64,000 nucleotides of DNA from Methanobacteriota archaeon (GTDB lineage: Archaea; Halobacteriota; Bog-38; Methanoflorentales; Methanoflorentaceae), in contig OY970393.1 in the NCBI GenBank assembly GCA_963720465.1, forward strand, positions 896,001-960,000, in the 5' to 3' direction. Both the position numbers and the translations under genes were made by a program. The notes under the pieces are model-generated. The model saw only the letters and a list, made by a program, of their open reading frames with translations, was not told the origin of the DNA and made no database searches. Below are positions 10,672-21,246 of the stretch, piece by piece. The stretch's first letter is position 1; each line of letters opens with the position of its first letter.

Positions 10672-10926
10672 TCAGTTGATCTTCGGCTTGCTAACGAAGA
10701 GCGCCACAAGAGTGAGCAGTGACGCAATAATCGTCACGAGCTCCGCGTAGGCGGTATCGACAACGCCACCCATCACGTCACTCGCCGTCAAGATGATGAC
10801 TCCCAGGATATAGACGCCGATGAAGAGGGGCTGCACATCTCTGCTGCCGCGTACAATGTAGACAAATTGTACGATCCACCCAAGGGCTATGAGGCCGAAC
10901 CCTGCAAGCATTAACGAACTAACCAT
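10672..10926 (-). CDS. Small three-TM membrane protein
   Basis: 84 aa with three hydrophobic segments. Confidence 0.6.
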   Translation of the reverse strand: MVSSLMLAGFGLIALGWIVQFVYIVRGSRDVQPLFIGVYILGVIILTASDVMGGVVDTAYAELVTIIASLLTLVALFVSKPKIN

Positions 10927-11147
10927 AATTAGATTACAGCAGATAATACAGCAGATATAGGACTTTAGCGGTAGGGTAATAGGCTAATCTCAGCTTAAAT
11001 ATGCTGCTTTACAAGAAATAATCTCAAGCCCGTTCGCTATTTTGTGAAACGTCCTACCGGCCCACATGCGCCTCGTTTTGTGGAAACGCCCTAACGAGCT
11101 AAGAGTTGCGGGAGTGAGCATCGAGAGTTTGTTAAAGAAATGGGGGG

Positions 11148-11584
11148 TCATTCAGCCCGTGTTATCGTTTCTTGGTCACCGAACGTTGATTCAATCCACT
11201 CCCTGATCTGGTGCCGCACGTGCCTAAAGGAGGCACAACTGTTGCTGTCTGCTACTAAAGGCAGGAGAGGATCAGCAAAGGCGTGATGAAGATACGCCGT
11301 TCCACCCGGAAAGATGGGGCAGTTCTCCTGTGCATCAGCCACATCGTCACGACGTAGTCAAAGGATGCCTCGTCAAACACATCCAACGACTTTGCTCGGT
11401 GTGCGGAAATATCGATACCGACTTCAGCCATTAGCACAACTGCGCATCGATGCACCTCGGTGGGTTCACTTCCCGCGCTGTACGCTTCATATCGATCGCT
11501 ATACCGCGCGTTTACGAACCCTTCGGCCATCTGCGATCGTGCTGCGTTGTGTGTGCAGAGAAACAGTATTTTCTTCTTGTTCAT
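11148..11584 (-). CDS. arsC: Arsenate reductase (LMW-PTPase family), frameshifted at ~11342
   Basis: ILFLCTHNAARSQMAEG (C-x5-R) and DYVVTM, then shifted ADAQENCPIFPG...FADP...FRHVRHQI. Confidence 0.85.
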
Positions 11585-11811
11585 TTTCTTAACTTGTGTT
11601 CGGCGAAGTGCAAACCTACACTAACAGCACCATAGTGCAGCACTTACTCATAGATATGGCACATAATCTCCCTAGAACGTTATCTCCTCTATAGAGACTT
11701 TAACGCTAGCGCCTTCACCGTCACTTTTTGCGACCGTCCTTCCGATGCAAAAGCCGCATCATTGCGAAGCTCTTCTTCTTTCACCATATCCCGCACTAGG
11801 CGAATCCGATC

Positions 11812-11975
11812 AGGAAATGAGACCCCTATTCTTTCACGAGAATATACTGAAGCTGTATGATGCATCCCCATATGCAGGGGTGAGCACAAATGTCACTGGC
11901 TGCGTATATAGCTCTTAACCTAGACGATGAGGATAAGGATGTGTTTATAACTCCTGACTTAGACGACGAGGACGG
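11812..11975 (+). repeat. Diverged repeat, copy 1 (upstream region plus micro-ORF)
   Basis: GAAATGAGACCCCTATTCTTTCACGAGAATATACTGAAGCTGTAT...TATAGCTCTTAACCTAGACGATGAGGA aligns with 17561-17682. Confidence 0.75.
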
Positions 11976-11985
11976 CGAGATTTAA
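11890..11985 (+). CDS. Acidic micro-peptide, 31 aa (MSLAAYIALNLDDEDKDVFITPDLDDEDGEI)
   Basis: GGGGTGA RBS upstream, internal repeat of I-x-x-(N/D)-LDDED, and a paralogue at 17639. Confidence 0.55.
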   Translation: MSLAAYIALNLDDEDKDVFITPDLDDEDGEI

Positions 11986-12128
11986 ACAAGCTCCAATAGG
12001 CAAATGGCCGCCGTAACTAGCTTATAATAATGCGCAACGGCGATATTCCTGCACAATACGGCGCGCGCTCATACACGTCCTGTAAGCCCCGGTCGTTAAA
12101 TTGCAGGTAAACCGCCGTCGTGTTTATG

Positions 12129-12274
12129 TTACTGTGATCCCCGCATCTGGTGACGAAGCACAGCCAAGAGAGCAATCAGCACACCGAGCGTGACCGCCAC
12201 GGCCACAGCGAACCAGGAGTAATTTAGGGACGGGCCCGTGCTCGCCAGTGTAAGCGGGTAATGGTCAGCGACGT
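12129..12274 (-). pseudogene. C-terminal fragment of a membrane-anchored surface protein
   Basis: YVADHYPL (DxYPL motif seen at the end of NosD/CASH-type surface proteins), then a TM helix and basic tail. Confidence 0.4.
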
Positions 12275-12538
12275 ATGAGCCCGGCGATCGAAAAGGCATA
12301 TTCCGACCAGCTGACGGTGCACGAGCTGAAAGAGAAGCTCCCTGCATGGGTGCACACGCTCAAAACGACGAACTTGCAGCTCGTAAGGGCGGAGCACAAC
12401 AAGACGACGCGGATCGTCAACAAGACGATCAGTGACTCCATGCAATACACGGTTGACAGTATCTCGGTCTTTTTGTTTGTCGGATTTATCTCCCCGCTGT
12501 TTATTGGCCGTCGAAAGCACGCTCCCCAGGCACGTTAA
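12275..12538 (+). pseudogene. Probable C-terminal fragment of a membrane transporter (MFS-like)
   Basis: Helical loop followed by one terminal TM segment (ISVFLFVGFISPLFI) and a basic tail. Confidence 0.3.
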
Positions 12539-12833
12539 GTGCTGCTCGAGGGGTGCCAACGGCTTCCGCAATAATCTGCAGCGGCTTCCCACCATTCTCT
12601 ACGACAGTTAGCTTCTAAGCAGCATCGCAGGAACGACAGAATTGCATAAGCACTTTGCCTCCTCGCTCGTTGACAGGTTGTCGCGTAACCAGCTTTGCTT
12701 CATCTGTAGTCATTTCGCGACAGTAACGAAAGCTGCGATTTGTTGCGATTCCCGAGCGCACGTTGGGAATAAGTTTAATGACAGATGCCGGGTATTACAT
12801 TTGCATCTAAGCAGCGACATAGGAGCTGCATTT

Positions 12834-13112
12834 ATGAAAAAGACAACATTGAACGCAATAGTTAGTTCGATTGCTTTTTTTTCGTTCCTAGTCGTGGCGA
12901 TAACGGGTATTATCCTTTGGCTGGCCATCCAATTTGGCCAGGAGGCGCCCCTAGGCATTGTTTGGTATACTTGGTCAAACGTGCACACTTATTTCGCTCT
13001 GTTATTCACTGCACTCTTGGGAGTGCATCTCGCTCTTCACTGGAGTTATTTCAAATCTCGTTTGCTTTTTCAATCTCCAGCGCAAAGCACCAAGAAGAAA
13101 CGCCGCGACTAA
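12834..13112 (+). CDS. DUF4405-domain membrane protein
   Basis: AITGIILW...WSNVHTYFALLF...VHLALHW His pattern. AGGAG RBS before ATG 12834. Confidence 0.8.
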   Translation: MKKTTLNAIVSSIAFFSFLVVAITGIILWLAIQFGQEAPLGIVWYTWSNVHTYFALLFTALLGVHLALHWSYFKSRLLFQSPAQSTKKKRRD

Positions 13113-13403
13113 TCGAGATGGTTGGGTGAGTTGCACGATTGGAGACTTATCGGATAACGGTTGTGATTTTGGACTGCTATTAACATTCCTGCTTATGCAC
13201 CTTATTGGTGAGCCGCATGAGGCAAATCGTTTAGTCGCATGAGGCGAAAACTGAAGTGGTTAGCCTCATTCGTGATACGTCCGTGCATATAGGTATCTTG
13301 ACACTCATGCTACATACTGCCGTCCGCTAATGCCAGAAAAAAAAAACAGTCGATCAGCGCAATATAATGAAAGCTTGAAGATAGGTTCAATAAAGGTCAG
13401 GAC

Positions 13404-13740
13404 ATGTGCGCGCATGACCCCCTTGACTCCCCCTACAAAAAAGGAGACATCATCGGGGGAGAATATGAAATCCAAGACGTAATAGGGCATGGCGATTTTG
13501 GCGTTGTTTACAGAGCCTATTCAAAAGAGGCCCGAGAAGTCTTTGCCCTGAAAACGCTGTTAAATGAGCGTTTTCAAGATCCACGAGAGCGCAAGCTGTT
13601 CTTAAAAGAGGTCTATGTCTGGGTGAACTTAGGCGCGGATCCATATGTTCGTTGAGGCACGTCAAGTGCAGGTAATAGATGGCCGAATGCATGTCGCCTT
13701 GTAATACATCGCTCCAAGCGTCGAAGGAGCCTTGAGCACC
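13404..13740 (+). pseudogene. Ser/Thr protein kinase, N-lobe remnant
   Basis: IGHGDFGVVY (Gly loop), FALK and KE. After a frameshift it reads QVIDGRMHVAL*YIAP with a premature TAA, then homology is lost. Confidence 0.8.
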
Positions 13741-13885
13741 TCTTTTAGCCTTTCCGTAGCTCCTAGCTCATCATTTCTTTTTTAGAACGAAATAGCTAGA
13801 GCTATATGCAAGGTCGAGCGCGTTCAAAACCATGCAAGAATCCATCAACCCCGAGCCGGGCCTGGGCAGCGGAGAGTAAACGATT

Positions 13886-14482
13886 ATGACAAGCGAATCA
13901 GGAACGATCGACGTCACCCAGGTGAAAAACCTGGACGTGACCGCAAACCCGGCGGTGCTCGGGCTGACCGCCTTCGGGTTATCGACCATCCTTCTTAACT
14001 TAAGCAATGCGGGGTACTTTGCTCTCGGTTCGATGATCCTCGCGATGGGAATCTTCTACGGGGGTCTCGCGCACGTTGTTGCGGGGATCATGGAGTGGAG
14101 GAAGAACAACACGTTCGGGATGACCGCATTCCTGTCTTATGGGTTTTTCTGGCTGAGCCTTGTCGCCCTTCTGATTCTCCCGAAACTGGGACTCGCGGCT
14201 GCGACGAGTGCGAGTGGGATGGCGGCCTACTTTGGGATGTGGGGACTCTTTACGCTCGTCATGTTCATCGGCGCGCTCAAAACAACCCGGGCATTGCAAG
14301 TTGTCCTTGGCTTACTTACCGTGCTGTTCTTCCTGCTGGCAATTGGTGAGATAACAGGGAATGCCACCATTACCCAGGTTGCTGGCTATGAAGGGATCAT
14401 CACCGGTCTTTCGGCACTCTATGCCGGCCTGGCACAGGTATTAAACGAGATGTACAAAAGGACAGTTGTTCCGCTGGGGTGA
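13886..14482 (+). CDS. satP: GPR1/FUN34/YaaH (SatP) family acetate transporter
   Basis: Signature [18 protein letters not shown]..., [15 protein letters not shown]; six TM segments. Confidence 0.9.
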   Translation: MTSESGTIDVTQVKNLDVTANPAVLGLTAFGLSTILLNLSNAGYFALGSMILAMGIFYGGLAHVVAGIMEWRKNNTFGMTAFLSYGFFWLSLVALLILPKLGLAAATSASGMAAYFGMWGLFTLVMFIGALKTTRALQVVLGLLTVLFFLLAIGEITGNATITQVAGYEGIITGLSALYAGLAQVLNEMYKRTVVPLG

Positions 14483-14991
14483 AGAGAGCTCCTTGCCCCA
14501 TTCATAGGGATTCTCTTTTTTAGTGTCAAGCTGCCGAGGTGTTCTGTCGACTTCGGTTCCAATTTTTTAGCCCTCATGGGGTTAGCGGATTGCCGGCTTG
14601 TCTACTGATTTCCTCACACCGCCATGCTGCGACGAATCCCGTTCAAAATGACTACCGTTATTGCCGATCTCCCTTTTCGGCAATGAGAATGAAGAACATC
14701 ACTTGATTTAATAGGTGCATGGATGCTTCAACAAATATGCAAGGAATCACTAGAGCGCAATCAATTATAAGCAAGTTTCTTAGTTCTCGGCGTGCAGCTG
14801 TTTGCAGGGCCCTCACTACCGCAAGGTAATCAACCTTCTTTCCAAATGCCCTGCGTACAGTGCGTGACTGCTTCTATCGGCACGCACACTCAAAAAACCT
14901 TAAGTAGCATTCGCATGCATAGCGCAATTCTGCTACTATGTAGCATGCTAGACGCCGAACTTTTCGTGTGGTTTTCGGAGGACCAAACGTG

Positions 14992-15114
14992 ATGATCTGG
15001 GGCATGGATTTGTGGGTTTTCACGGCTTTTATACTCGTTTATGCTGGCGTCGTGTTTGGCATCGTCTATGGGTTGTGGCCGCGAAAAGACGAGGATGAAC
15101 AGGAAGACACGTAA
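14992..15114 (+). CDS. Symporter small accessory membrane peptide (40 aa)
   Basis: MIWGMDLWVFTAFILVYAGVVFGIVYGLWPRKDEDEQEDT with GGAGGA RBS. Its stop abuts the ATG of the symporter fragment. Confidence 0.65.
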   Translation: MIWGMDLWVFTAFILVYAGVVFGIVYGLWPRKDEDEQEDT

Positions 15115-15240
15115 ATGGCAAACGTCGTCACTTTCGTCGTCATGCTCGCCATCTATTCGGCGATAATGATCTATATTGGCTACCGTGGCTATAAAGCGAC
15201 CAAAAACGTGCAAGATTGGCTTGTCGCCGGCCGACGCCGC
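15115..15240 (+). pseudogene. Sodium:solute symporter (SSS), N-terminal fragment
   Basis: AIYSAIMIYIGYRGYKATKNVQDWLVAGR (TM1 plus DxxVAGR motif), then similarity ends. Confidence 0.7.
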
Positions 15241-15325
15241 TGCACTGAGGGATCTCGTGCAAAATGGCACCGCCATGTCATAAAATCCATCAAATGGGAT
15301 AGCTCCCGATTTCGGCCGATAATGG

Positions 15326-15880
15326 TCACTTTGTACCTATGAGGGATCCTCCGAACCCTAGGGCCCACACAAAGATCGGGTAGGCGATCATGCGCTCCAT
15401 CCCGCCTGGACCTATTCCCAGATCGTGATGCGTGAGGCTTAGGACAAGGGCAACGAGCGCGAAGATCCCGAGGCCTACTGAGAAGTACGAGAGTGGCAGG
15501 CGCAGCACCCTATACGACAGAATCGCGGAGACCGCGCCGAAGGCGAGCATAACGAGCGCGAAGAAGCTGTGGGGCGCGCCGGTGGTTTCAGGGAATAAAC
15601 CCACCCCCACAGCGCAAGCGCCGGTGACCGCAAGGGTGATTGTAAGGGGCGTGCCGAGGGTACGCCGTCCGAGCAGTGAACCGATGAGTGCGAATGCTCC
15701 GAACACCACGGTTGACGCGTTGAACAAAAGCGCCGTTTGTCCCACACCCAAATCCTTTAGGTAGTTGGTCGCCACGGTATACCCGGGATACAGCGCTTCG
15801 GTGATCACTATCACGAGCACGTACTGCGCTACGCCAACAAAAATGAGGCCCCCGGAGAGAGAGCGGTTCTCGATGCGCAT
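15326..15880 (-). CDS. DUF998-family membrane protein
   Basis: EALYPGYTVATNYLKDLG, VGLFPE...H and GGMER motifs. Confidence 0.8.
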   Translation of the reverse strand: MRIENRSLSGGLIFVGVAQYVLVIVITEALYPGYTVATNYLKDLGVGQTALLFNASTVVFGAFALIGSLLGRRTLGTPLTITLAVTGACAVGVGLFPETTGAPHSFFALVMLAFGAVSAILSYRVLRLPLSYFSVGLGIFALVALVLSLTHHDLGIGPGGMERMIAYPIFVWALGFGGSLIGTK

Positions 15881-16081
15881 TAGTACTCACCCAGCTGTCA
15901 CTGAGTGATAGCTTAAGTGTTGTCATTTAGCTGCACACGTTTGATACGTCAAGTCTCATCTGCTAACGTTTCAAACCGCCCGCGTGCACACAAATAGGAT
16001 AGATGAGCGCACGCACGATGATATTACGGATCGTTGTGGGCTGCCATGTGCCGCCGCGCTTCGTAGGAAGCCCCGCATCGT

Positions 16082-16441
16082 TTAACTGTGCGGCAACGGT
16101 CGACATTTGGGAATAGTGACAACGACTGCTCGCTTGCCTTCACTATCAACGACCTCTATTTTTGGATGAATGGACAAAAGAGAGACGATTTGATTAGTAA
16201 CTTTGTCCAGATACTCGCTGGTCGGCGGGACTCCTACGATAGCGCCGTGCTTGTCCACCCCAAGGACGACGATCCCACCCGACGCGTTTGCCAAAGTGCA
16301 GATGCTCTCGAAAAAAGTGCTGCCGGCAGACTCCTTAAACTCCACGTCTGGAAGCTCATCCCTCTTTGCAGTTTGTTTGCCAGCAGCTCTTTCAGTTCGT
16401 CTACATCCATGGCTCTTTTGAGTAGGTGCTTCGAGTGACAA
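16082..16441 (-). pseudogene. Schlafen AlbA_2-domain fragment
   Basis: VEFKES...ICTLANASGGIVVLGVDKHGAIVGV. The protein ends right after the domain. Confidence 0.7.
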
Positions 16442-16699
16442 AGGCTTGTATGCTCAACTTACGATTGTGCTCCCTTATATGAGGTATAAGTTGCGGGAAC
16501 GATCGTTACTTTCATTACCTTTTCATTACCTTCCGTGACAAACAAATCTGCTCAACTGCTATTAGAAGCACTGGTAGGATCATTGTTAATGCAGACAGCA
16601 GACAAACAGCGCGCGAGCTTGCCAGTAGTTCTTACGCCGTAGTTCAAAACGCAAAAAGCTTAAACTGAAGACCGCAACTACTGATGGAAGGAGCCTACA

Positions 16700-17173
16700 A
16701 TGAAGCCTTTAGTGGTATTTTATTCACGAACCGGAGCGACCAAACAGGTGGGGGAGGCTCTTGCCCAAACGCTCAACTGCGACAGTGAGGAACTCCTTGA
16801 CAAAAAGAAACGCAGCGGGCCTCTGGGTTTTATGAGGTCCGCAAGGGATGCGCGGGCGAAAAAGCTCACCACGCTTGCAGAGATCAAGCACGATCCCGCG
16901 ATATATGCTCTAGTGATACTCGGCACGCCAATTTGGGGCGGCACGTTGTCGAGCGCTATGCGCACCTATATCACCAACAACAAAGCGAAGTTCAAACGCG
17001 TCGCATTTTTTTGCACACAAGGAAGCACTAAGAGTCAGCCCTTGTTTGATGAGATGGAAGCGCTCTGTGAGCAACATCCGGTAAATATCCTTGCTCTCCG
17101 ACAAAAGGAGGTCAAGGCAGGTGCCTATCAAGAAATGATTCGCCAGTTTGTGGATGGGTTACAGGCACCATAG
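16700..17173 (+). CDS. Flavodoxin
   Basis: VVFYSRTGATK, ILGTPIWGG and AFFCTQG motifs. GGAG RBS. Confidence 0.9.
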   Translation: MKPLVVFYSRTGATKQVGEALAQTLNCDSEELLDKKKRSGPLGFMRSARDARAKKLTTLAEIKHDPAIYALVILGTPIWGGTLSSAMRTYITNNKAKFKRVAFFCTQGSTKSQPLFDEMEALCEQHPVNILALRQKEVKAGAYQEMIRQFVDGLQAP

Positions 17174-17560
17174 GTATAGAACTCACCTATTCGGCACGCT
17201 TCCACACCGATTGCCCCCCGCTGACTCTAGTGGAGTCTAAACGGGCCCATCTCAAACCTACATCCTTAGCAGGCCTGCGAACGAAATGACTGCAGCCACA
17301 AAAACAAAACTGAGCGACATAAAGAGCGTTGCGGTTACCTTGGCGGATTGAAATCGAGTTGGAAGCTCCATTTTATAGCTGTGACTAATACGAAAAAACC
17401 CATTTCACGTAGTCGAAAGGGCATTGAAAACCTGAAAAAAACTCCTTTCATAGCGTTAAGAAATGTAATTTATTCTTTGCTGCATTCAGCCCGATGAACC
17501 GAATGTTCGACGGAAGCTCTTCTCCTTTTGATACACATTATTCATTAGGCGAAGCGATCA

Positions 17561-17724
17561 AGAAAGGAGACTCTATTCTCTCACGACAATATACTGAAGC
17601 TATATCGTGGGCCCCCATACATTGGAGGTGAGAAAGAGATGTCATTGCATGTGCGTATAGCTCCTGACCTGGACGACGAGGAACACGCTCGGAAAGGATC
17701 GAAGACGGTGAATGGGAAGAATAA
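17561..17724 (+). repeat. Diverged repeat, copy 2 (upstream region plus micro-ORF)
   Basis: GAAAGGAGACTCTATTCTCTCACGACAATATACTGAAGCTATAT...TATAGCTCCTGACCTGGACGACGAGGA aligns with copy 1. Confidence 0.75.
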
Positions 17725-17785
17725 TAACAACATTGCCATCCCATCATACCCTAAACATCCTATCCCCATTAGTTCCCATGAGTGA
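17639..17785 (+). CDS. Acidic micro-peptide paralogue (MSLHVRIAPDLDDEEHARK...)
   Basis: GGAGGTGA RBS and 48 aa as written. One extra base near 17695 would give ...IEDGEWEE* ending at 17724, matching the EDGEI* end of copy 1. Confidence 0.5.
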   Translation: MSLHVRIAPDLDDEEHARKGSKTVNGKNNNNIAIPSYPKHPIPISSHE

Positions 17786-18413
17786 TCAGGGAAGATTCGG
17801 AAAAATACCCAATATGTTTTTTGTGTTTGCCGCCCAGGACAGCACGGAGTGCTCGACCAACAACAAGACTCTTAAAGCGCTCTTTTTTACAAGGCAGCAA
17901 GGAGAACGCGAATTTACCATTGTTCGCGCTTCGCAAACTGGCCAAGAAATGATAGGGTTCGGGGGAGCGCACAACAAGTATAGAGATTGAGTATTCTCTA
18001 TGCAGTGACTATTTCTGGTGCAAAGCGCACAGCGATGTGGTCGGATGTTGCCCTCAATGTGAATTGGCCAGTTCTTTTGTATCCCATTAAGCAATAGGCG
18101 TGCCAAAATACGATTAGTTATAGAGAAAAAAAAGCACTAATATGAAGGCTGACTATGATGGCCCACTAGAGGGTACATCCGAGCTTTACAACGCCCTCAA
18201 AGGAATTAGTAAAGATTGGTCTATTTTTAGCACAACTGAACGAAATGACTTTTGCCTTCTTTTTAGTCTTTATTGTCGAGAATTGCGAATCAAGTACCGA
18301 GTCTTTAAGTGTAGAGCAGGCGAAGTAATGCGGGAGAAGTATATAGACTGCAAAAACCACACCACTAAGTGGCTGGCGTCGGTTGCGCAGTCTCTGGGCT
18401 TTCTGGCAAGATC

Positions 18414-19825
18414 ATGTCGACGCGTCTAAACGATTACGGCAACTTCGCAAGAACCTACAAAGGAAAGGGCGAGTTTCGCTTTCCAGCAGGAATATTCGAT
18501 TTAGCAGACAGCACGTCATTTCCATGCAGATTTGAATGTGGTCAAACCAACGAAGGAAAAATATTGTGCATATGTTGGTTTGATGACGAAGAGCATTGCA
18601 AATTGCTAATTAGCTTAACAACTGAACTGTTTGCTCTTAGATGGAATGGATTTGCGAAACACTCACGAATTGAGAAGCTGCCTTACCCTTATCTCTCGGG
18701 GTTCGCGTCGGAACGATCTATCAGCGTCGTCATGCATCCTAAATATCCTATGTATTTTAAAGCAGAGTCTGCTCTGATGTTCTTTGCGCGCAAGCTCTCT
18801 ACAGACGGCTCAGCCTACACCATTTGCAATGTAGTTGCGTTTAAATTTGCAGTCGCTAATTTCGTTTTTGATGATGATTTGCCAACATGGACTCTTGATG
18901 AGAGCGAAGTAACCATAACGAAAGTTGAGAACTACGAAGAAACAACCGCCCGCTTGCTGATAGAAGGCGGTACAGAGATCACTGCTGAAATGTCTATAGA
19001 GCCCGCTGCAGATGACTCTCAAGATCTGAAGCGCATTGAAGGTATCGCCACAGACATTTGCCACATCTTGTCTCTAGCAAAAGGTTGTAAGATACAGTGG
19101 CTCTTTTGGGAGGCAGTTTCAGATGAAGGCGAAGTAGTGAAAACGTATCACTGGACCCCGTGGATGTTACCGTATGCGCCTCTTGACATCACATGCGACA
19201 AGCTGACTCCAATTCATTCTGATATATGGGATTTATCAATGAGTGTTTTTCGGCGTTCAAGAAGGAATGCAAAGAAGATAACTGGGCAATAGAAGAAGCT
19301 ATTGACCACTATATCAACGCTGTGCTCCAACAAGGACTTCTTGAACTCAGAGGTTTGTCGCTGGTTGTGTTGATCGACTTCCTAACCGGACGCTATGAAG
19401 AAAAGCATGACATGGAATATCTCTTGAACGAGAAGAGCTTCAAAAAGGAAGGAAAGAAGTTACACAAATCCATAAAGCAGCTATTAGAGAAGCACTTTAG
19501 CCAAAATGACGTCATAAAGAGAGAAGGCGATTTAGGGTCATTTCCTAAGGTTCTTAAGCTGATGACTGGTAAGTACAAAGAACTAAACAGATCCAGCTTT
19601 AGCACGGTTCTAAATCAGGCATGCCTAAGTTTAAATCTCAACATAAAGGATGAAGAGCTTGCTAAGGTCGTAAAAATTAGAAACAAGCTCGTTCATACCG
19701 CTCGCTTCTTCGACCAAGGAGAGACCGACGGAGCGTGGCAGAATACTGAAGATAAAATGGGCCAATATTCAAGAATAAGGAATTTCGTCGGGTGTATGTT
19801 GCTCGCAATCCTTGGACATCGTTGA
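18414..19825 (+). CDS. ApeA-like protein with C-terminal HEPN domain; frameshift at ~19225
   Basis: Beta-rich N-terminal half ending ICHILSLAKG. C-terminal half has AIDHY...LIDFL and R-x4-H motif IRNKLVH. ORFs 18369-19292 and 19226-19825 overlap. Confidence 0.65.
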
Positions 19826-20095
19826 CGCTATCATGAACTTCAATCTAAAGTTGTAGTTGATGGCACGCTAACCCAACAATTTCTGCCACATTTAACAAAA
19901 GGCACCATCCCGATGAGTTCGACCCTATTGATGGAGTGATTATCGAACCTGCAGATCGCCTTGCGGCATTCCGTGAAGCCTATCAGGCGATTAAAAACGG
20001 CATTGTTACGTCGCCCTGTTCCCGCAACTGAAGAGGGTTTATACGTAAGTGCAGGCTGCGGAAAAACCTCCTTTTTGGAACTCCCGAGGCCGAAC

Positions 20096-20722
20096 TTACA
20101 ACAACAGCAGCCGTTCGCGATAGCGCTGTAACTCCACTTCGCGCTCGTCAGAAGAGAGCGAGTGGACGCCATAGGCAACAAACGGTGGCAAGACTTCCAT
20201 GCCAGCCGTCAGGAACATGTTGCGAGCGAAGGTAAGCAGGACGTTAATATCCCCCGCTGGTCCTTTCGGAGCGTACATCGCAGCACCGCCCCCTGTCGTG
20301 AATGCTAACAGCGCCTTCTTGCCCGAAAGAAGCGGGTCATAGGTCGCGAAGTTTACCGCTATACCATTGGCCAAGACGCGGTCGCACCACCCCTTCAAAA
20401 TTGCCGGGAATGACTGCCACCAGAGAGGAAATTGGAAAATGACGAGATTGGCCCAATCAACTTTCTCAATTTCCTTCGTTATATCGTCAGCGAAGGATCC
20501 TCTCATTGCAGCGTGGTACTGTTCGTTGAGCGGATCGAAGAAATTCAGATTTTGTCGCTCTTTAAAATCGCGCTCATCCAGCGTTGCCTTGAAATTCATA
20601 GCATAAAGATCTGAGACCTGTACAGCATGCCCCGCCTCGGTTAGAGCGTCGACGGCAGTTTCTCGCATTGCAGCATTAAATGAGCGCGGATTTGGGTCCG
20701 CATAGACAATAAGTACGTTCAT
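20096..20722 (-). CDS. NAD(P)H:quinone oxidoreductase (Flavodoxin_2 family)
   Basis: VLIVYADPNPRSFN, SDLYAMNF and IFQFPLWWQSFPAILKGWCDRV motifs. Confidence 0.9.
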   Translation of the reverse strand: MNVLIVYADPNPRSFNAAMRETAVDALTEAGHAVQVSDLYAMNFKATLDERDFKERQNLNFFDPLNEQYHAAMRGSFADDITKEIEKVDWANLVIFQFPLWWQSFPAILKGWCDRVLANGIAVNFATYDPLLSGKKALLAFTTGGGAAMYAPKGPAGDINVLLTFARNMFLTAGMEVLPPFVAYGVHSLSSDEREVELQRYRERLLLL

Positions 20723-21246
20723 TTCTTACCAGCTCCTCGCGTGACTTAGCCTTCTAATGGACTTGATTTCGCATAATATATAAAAAGACTTAGCATTTAT
20801 TGTGTGGCTGGAACTCCCTTTCTTCACGCTTTGCGGAGATCCTCCCCGAACATAAAAGGTCTGACGTTGATTGAAATGGCCGAAATAGACGACGTCCTTA
20901 CAGACCAAACTTGACACGGACGTGTGAAGTCGATATCGGGATTATCCACATCGGAGGCGGCACAAATAGAAAGATAACAGTGCCTGTGCTAAACACTTAT
21001 AACAAAATTCCCAGACTGAGCAAGGGCTACTAAAGGGAAGACTCAATCGATACGCCGCATTTGCTTGTGCTATTACCTAGCTATTGGTTTGGTTTTTGGA
21101 ATAAGAAGAGATCAGCGCTAGGGGCATGTGTAGTCATCTTCGCATCACTGCTTGCAACATCCGACTGGCCGTGCACGTCACACTCATCATCAAACCAGAC
21201 GAGCGCAACGATTACTGACGGCAGCAAAAACAGCAAGCGTTGCCGC

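Noticed and set aside
11038-11097. Short direct repeat TTTTGTG(G)AAACGYCCTA, two copies
   Set aside because: Only two imperfect copies, with no associated gene or function evident.
20875-20980. Possible P-type ATPase N-terminal remnant (EIDDVL...GLSTSEAA)
   Set aside because: Needs several frameshifts and is too short to support.
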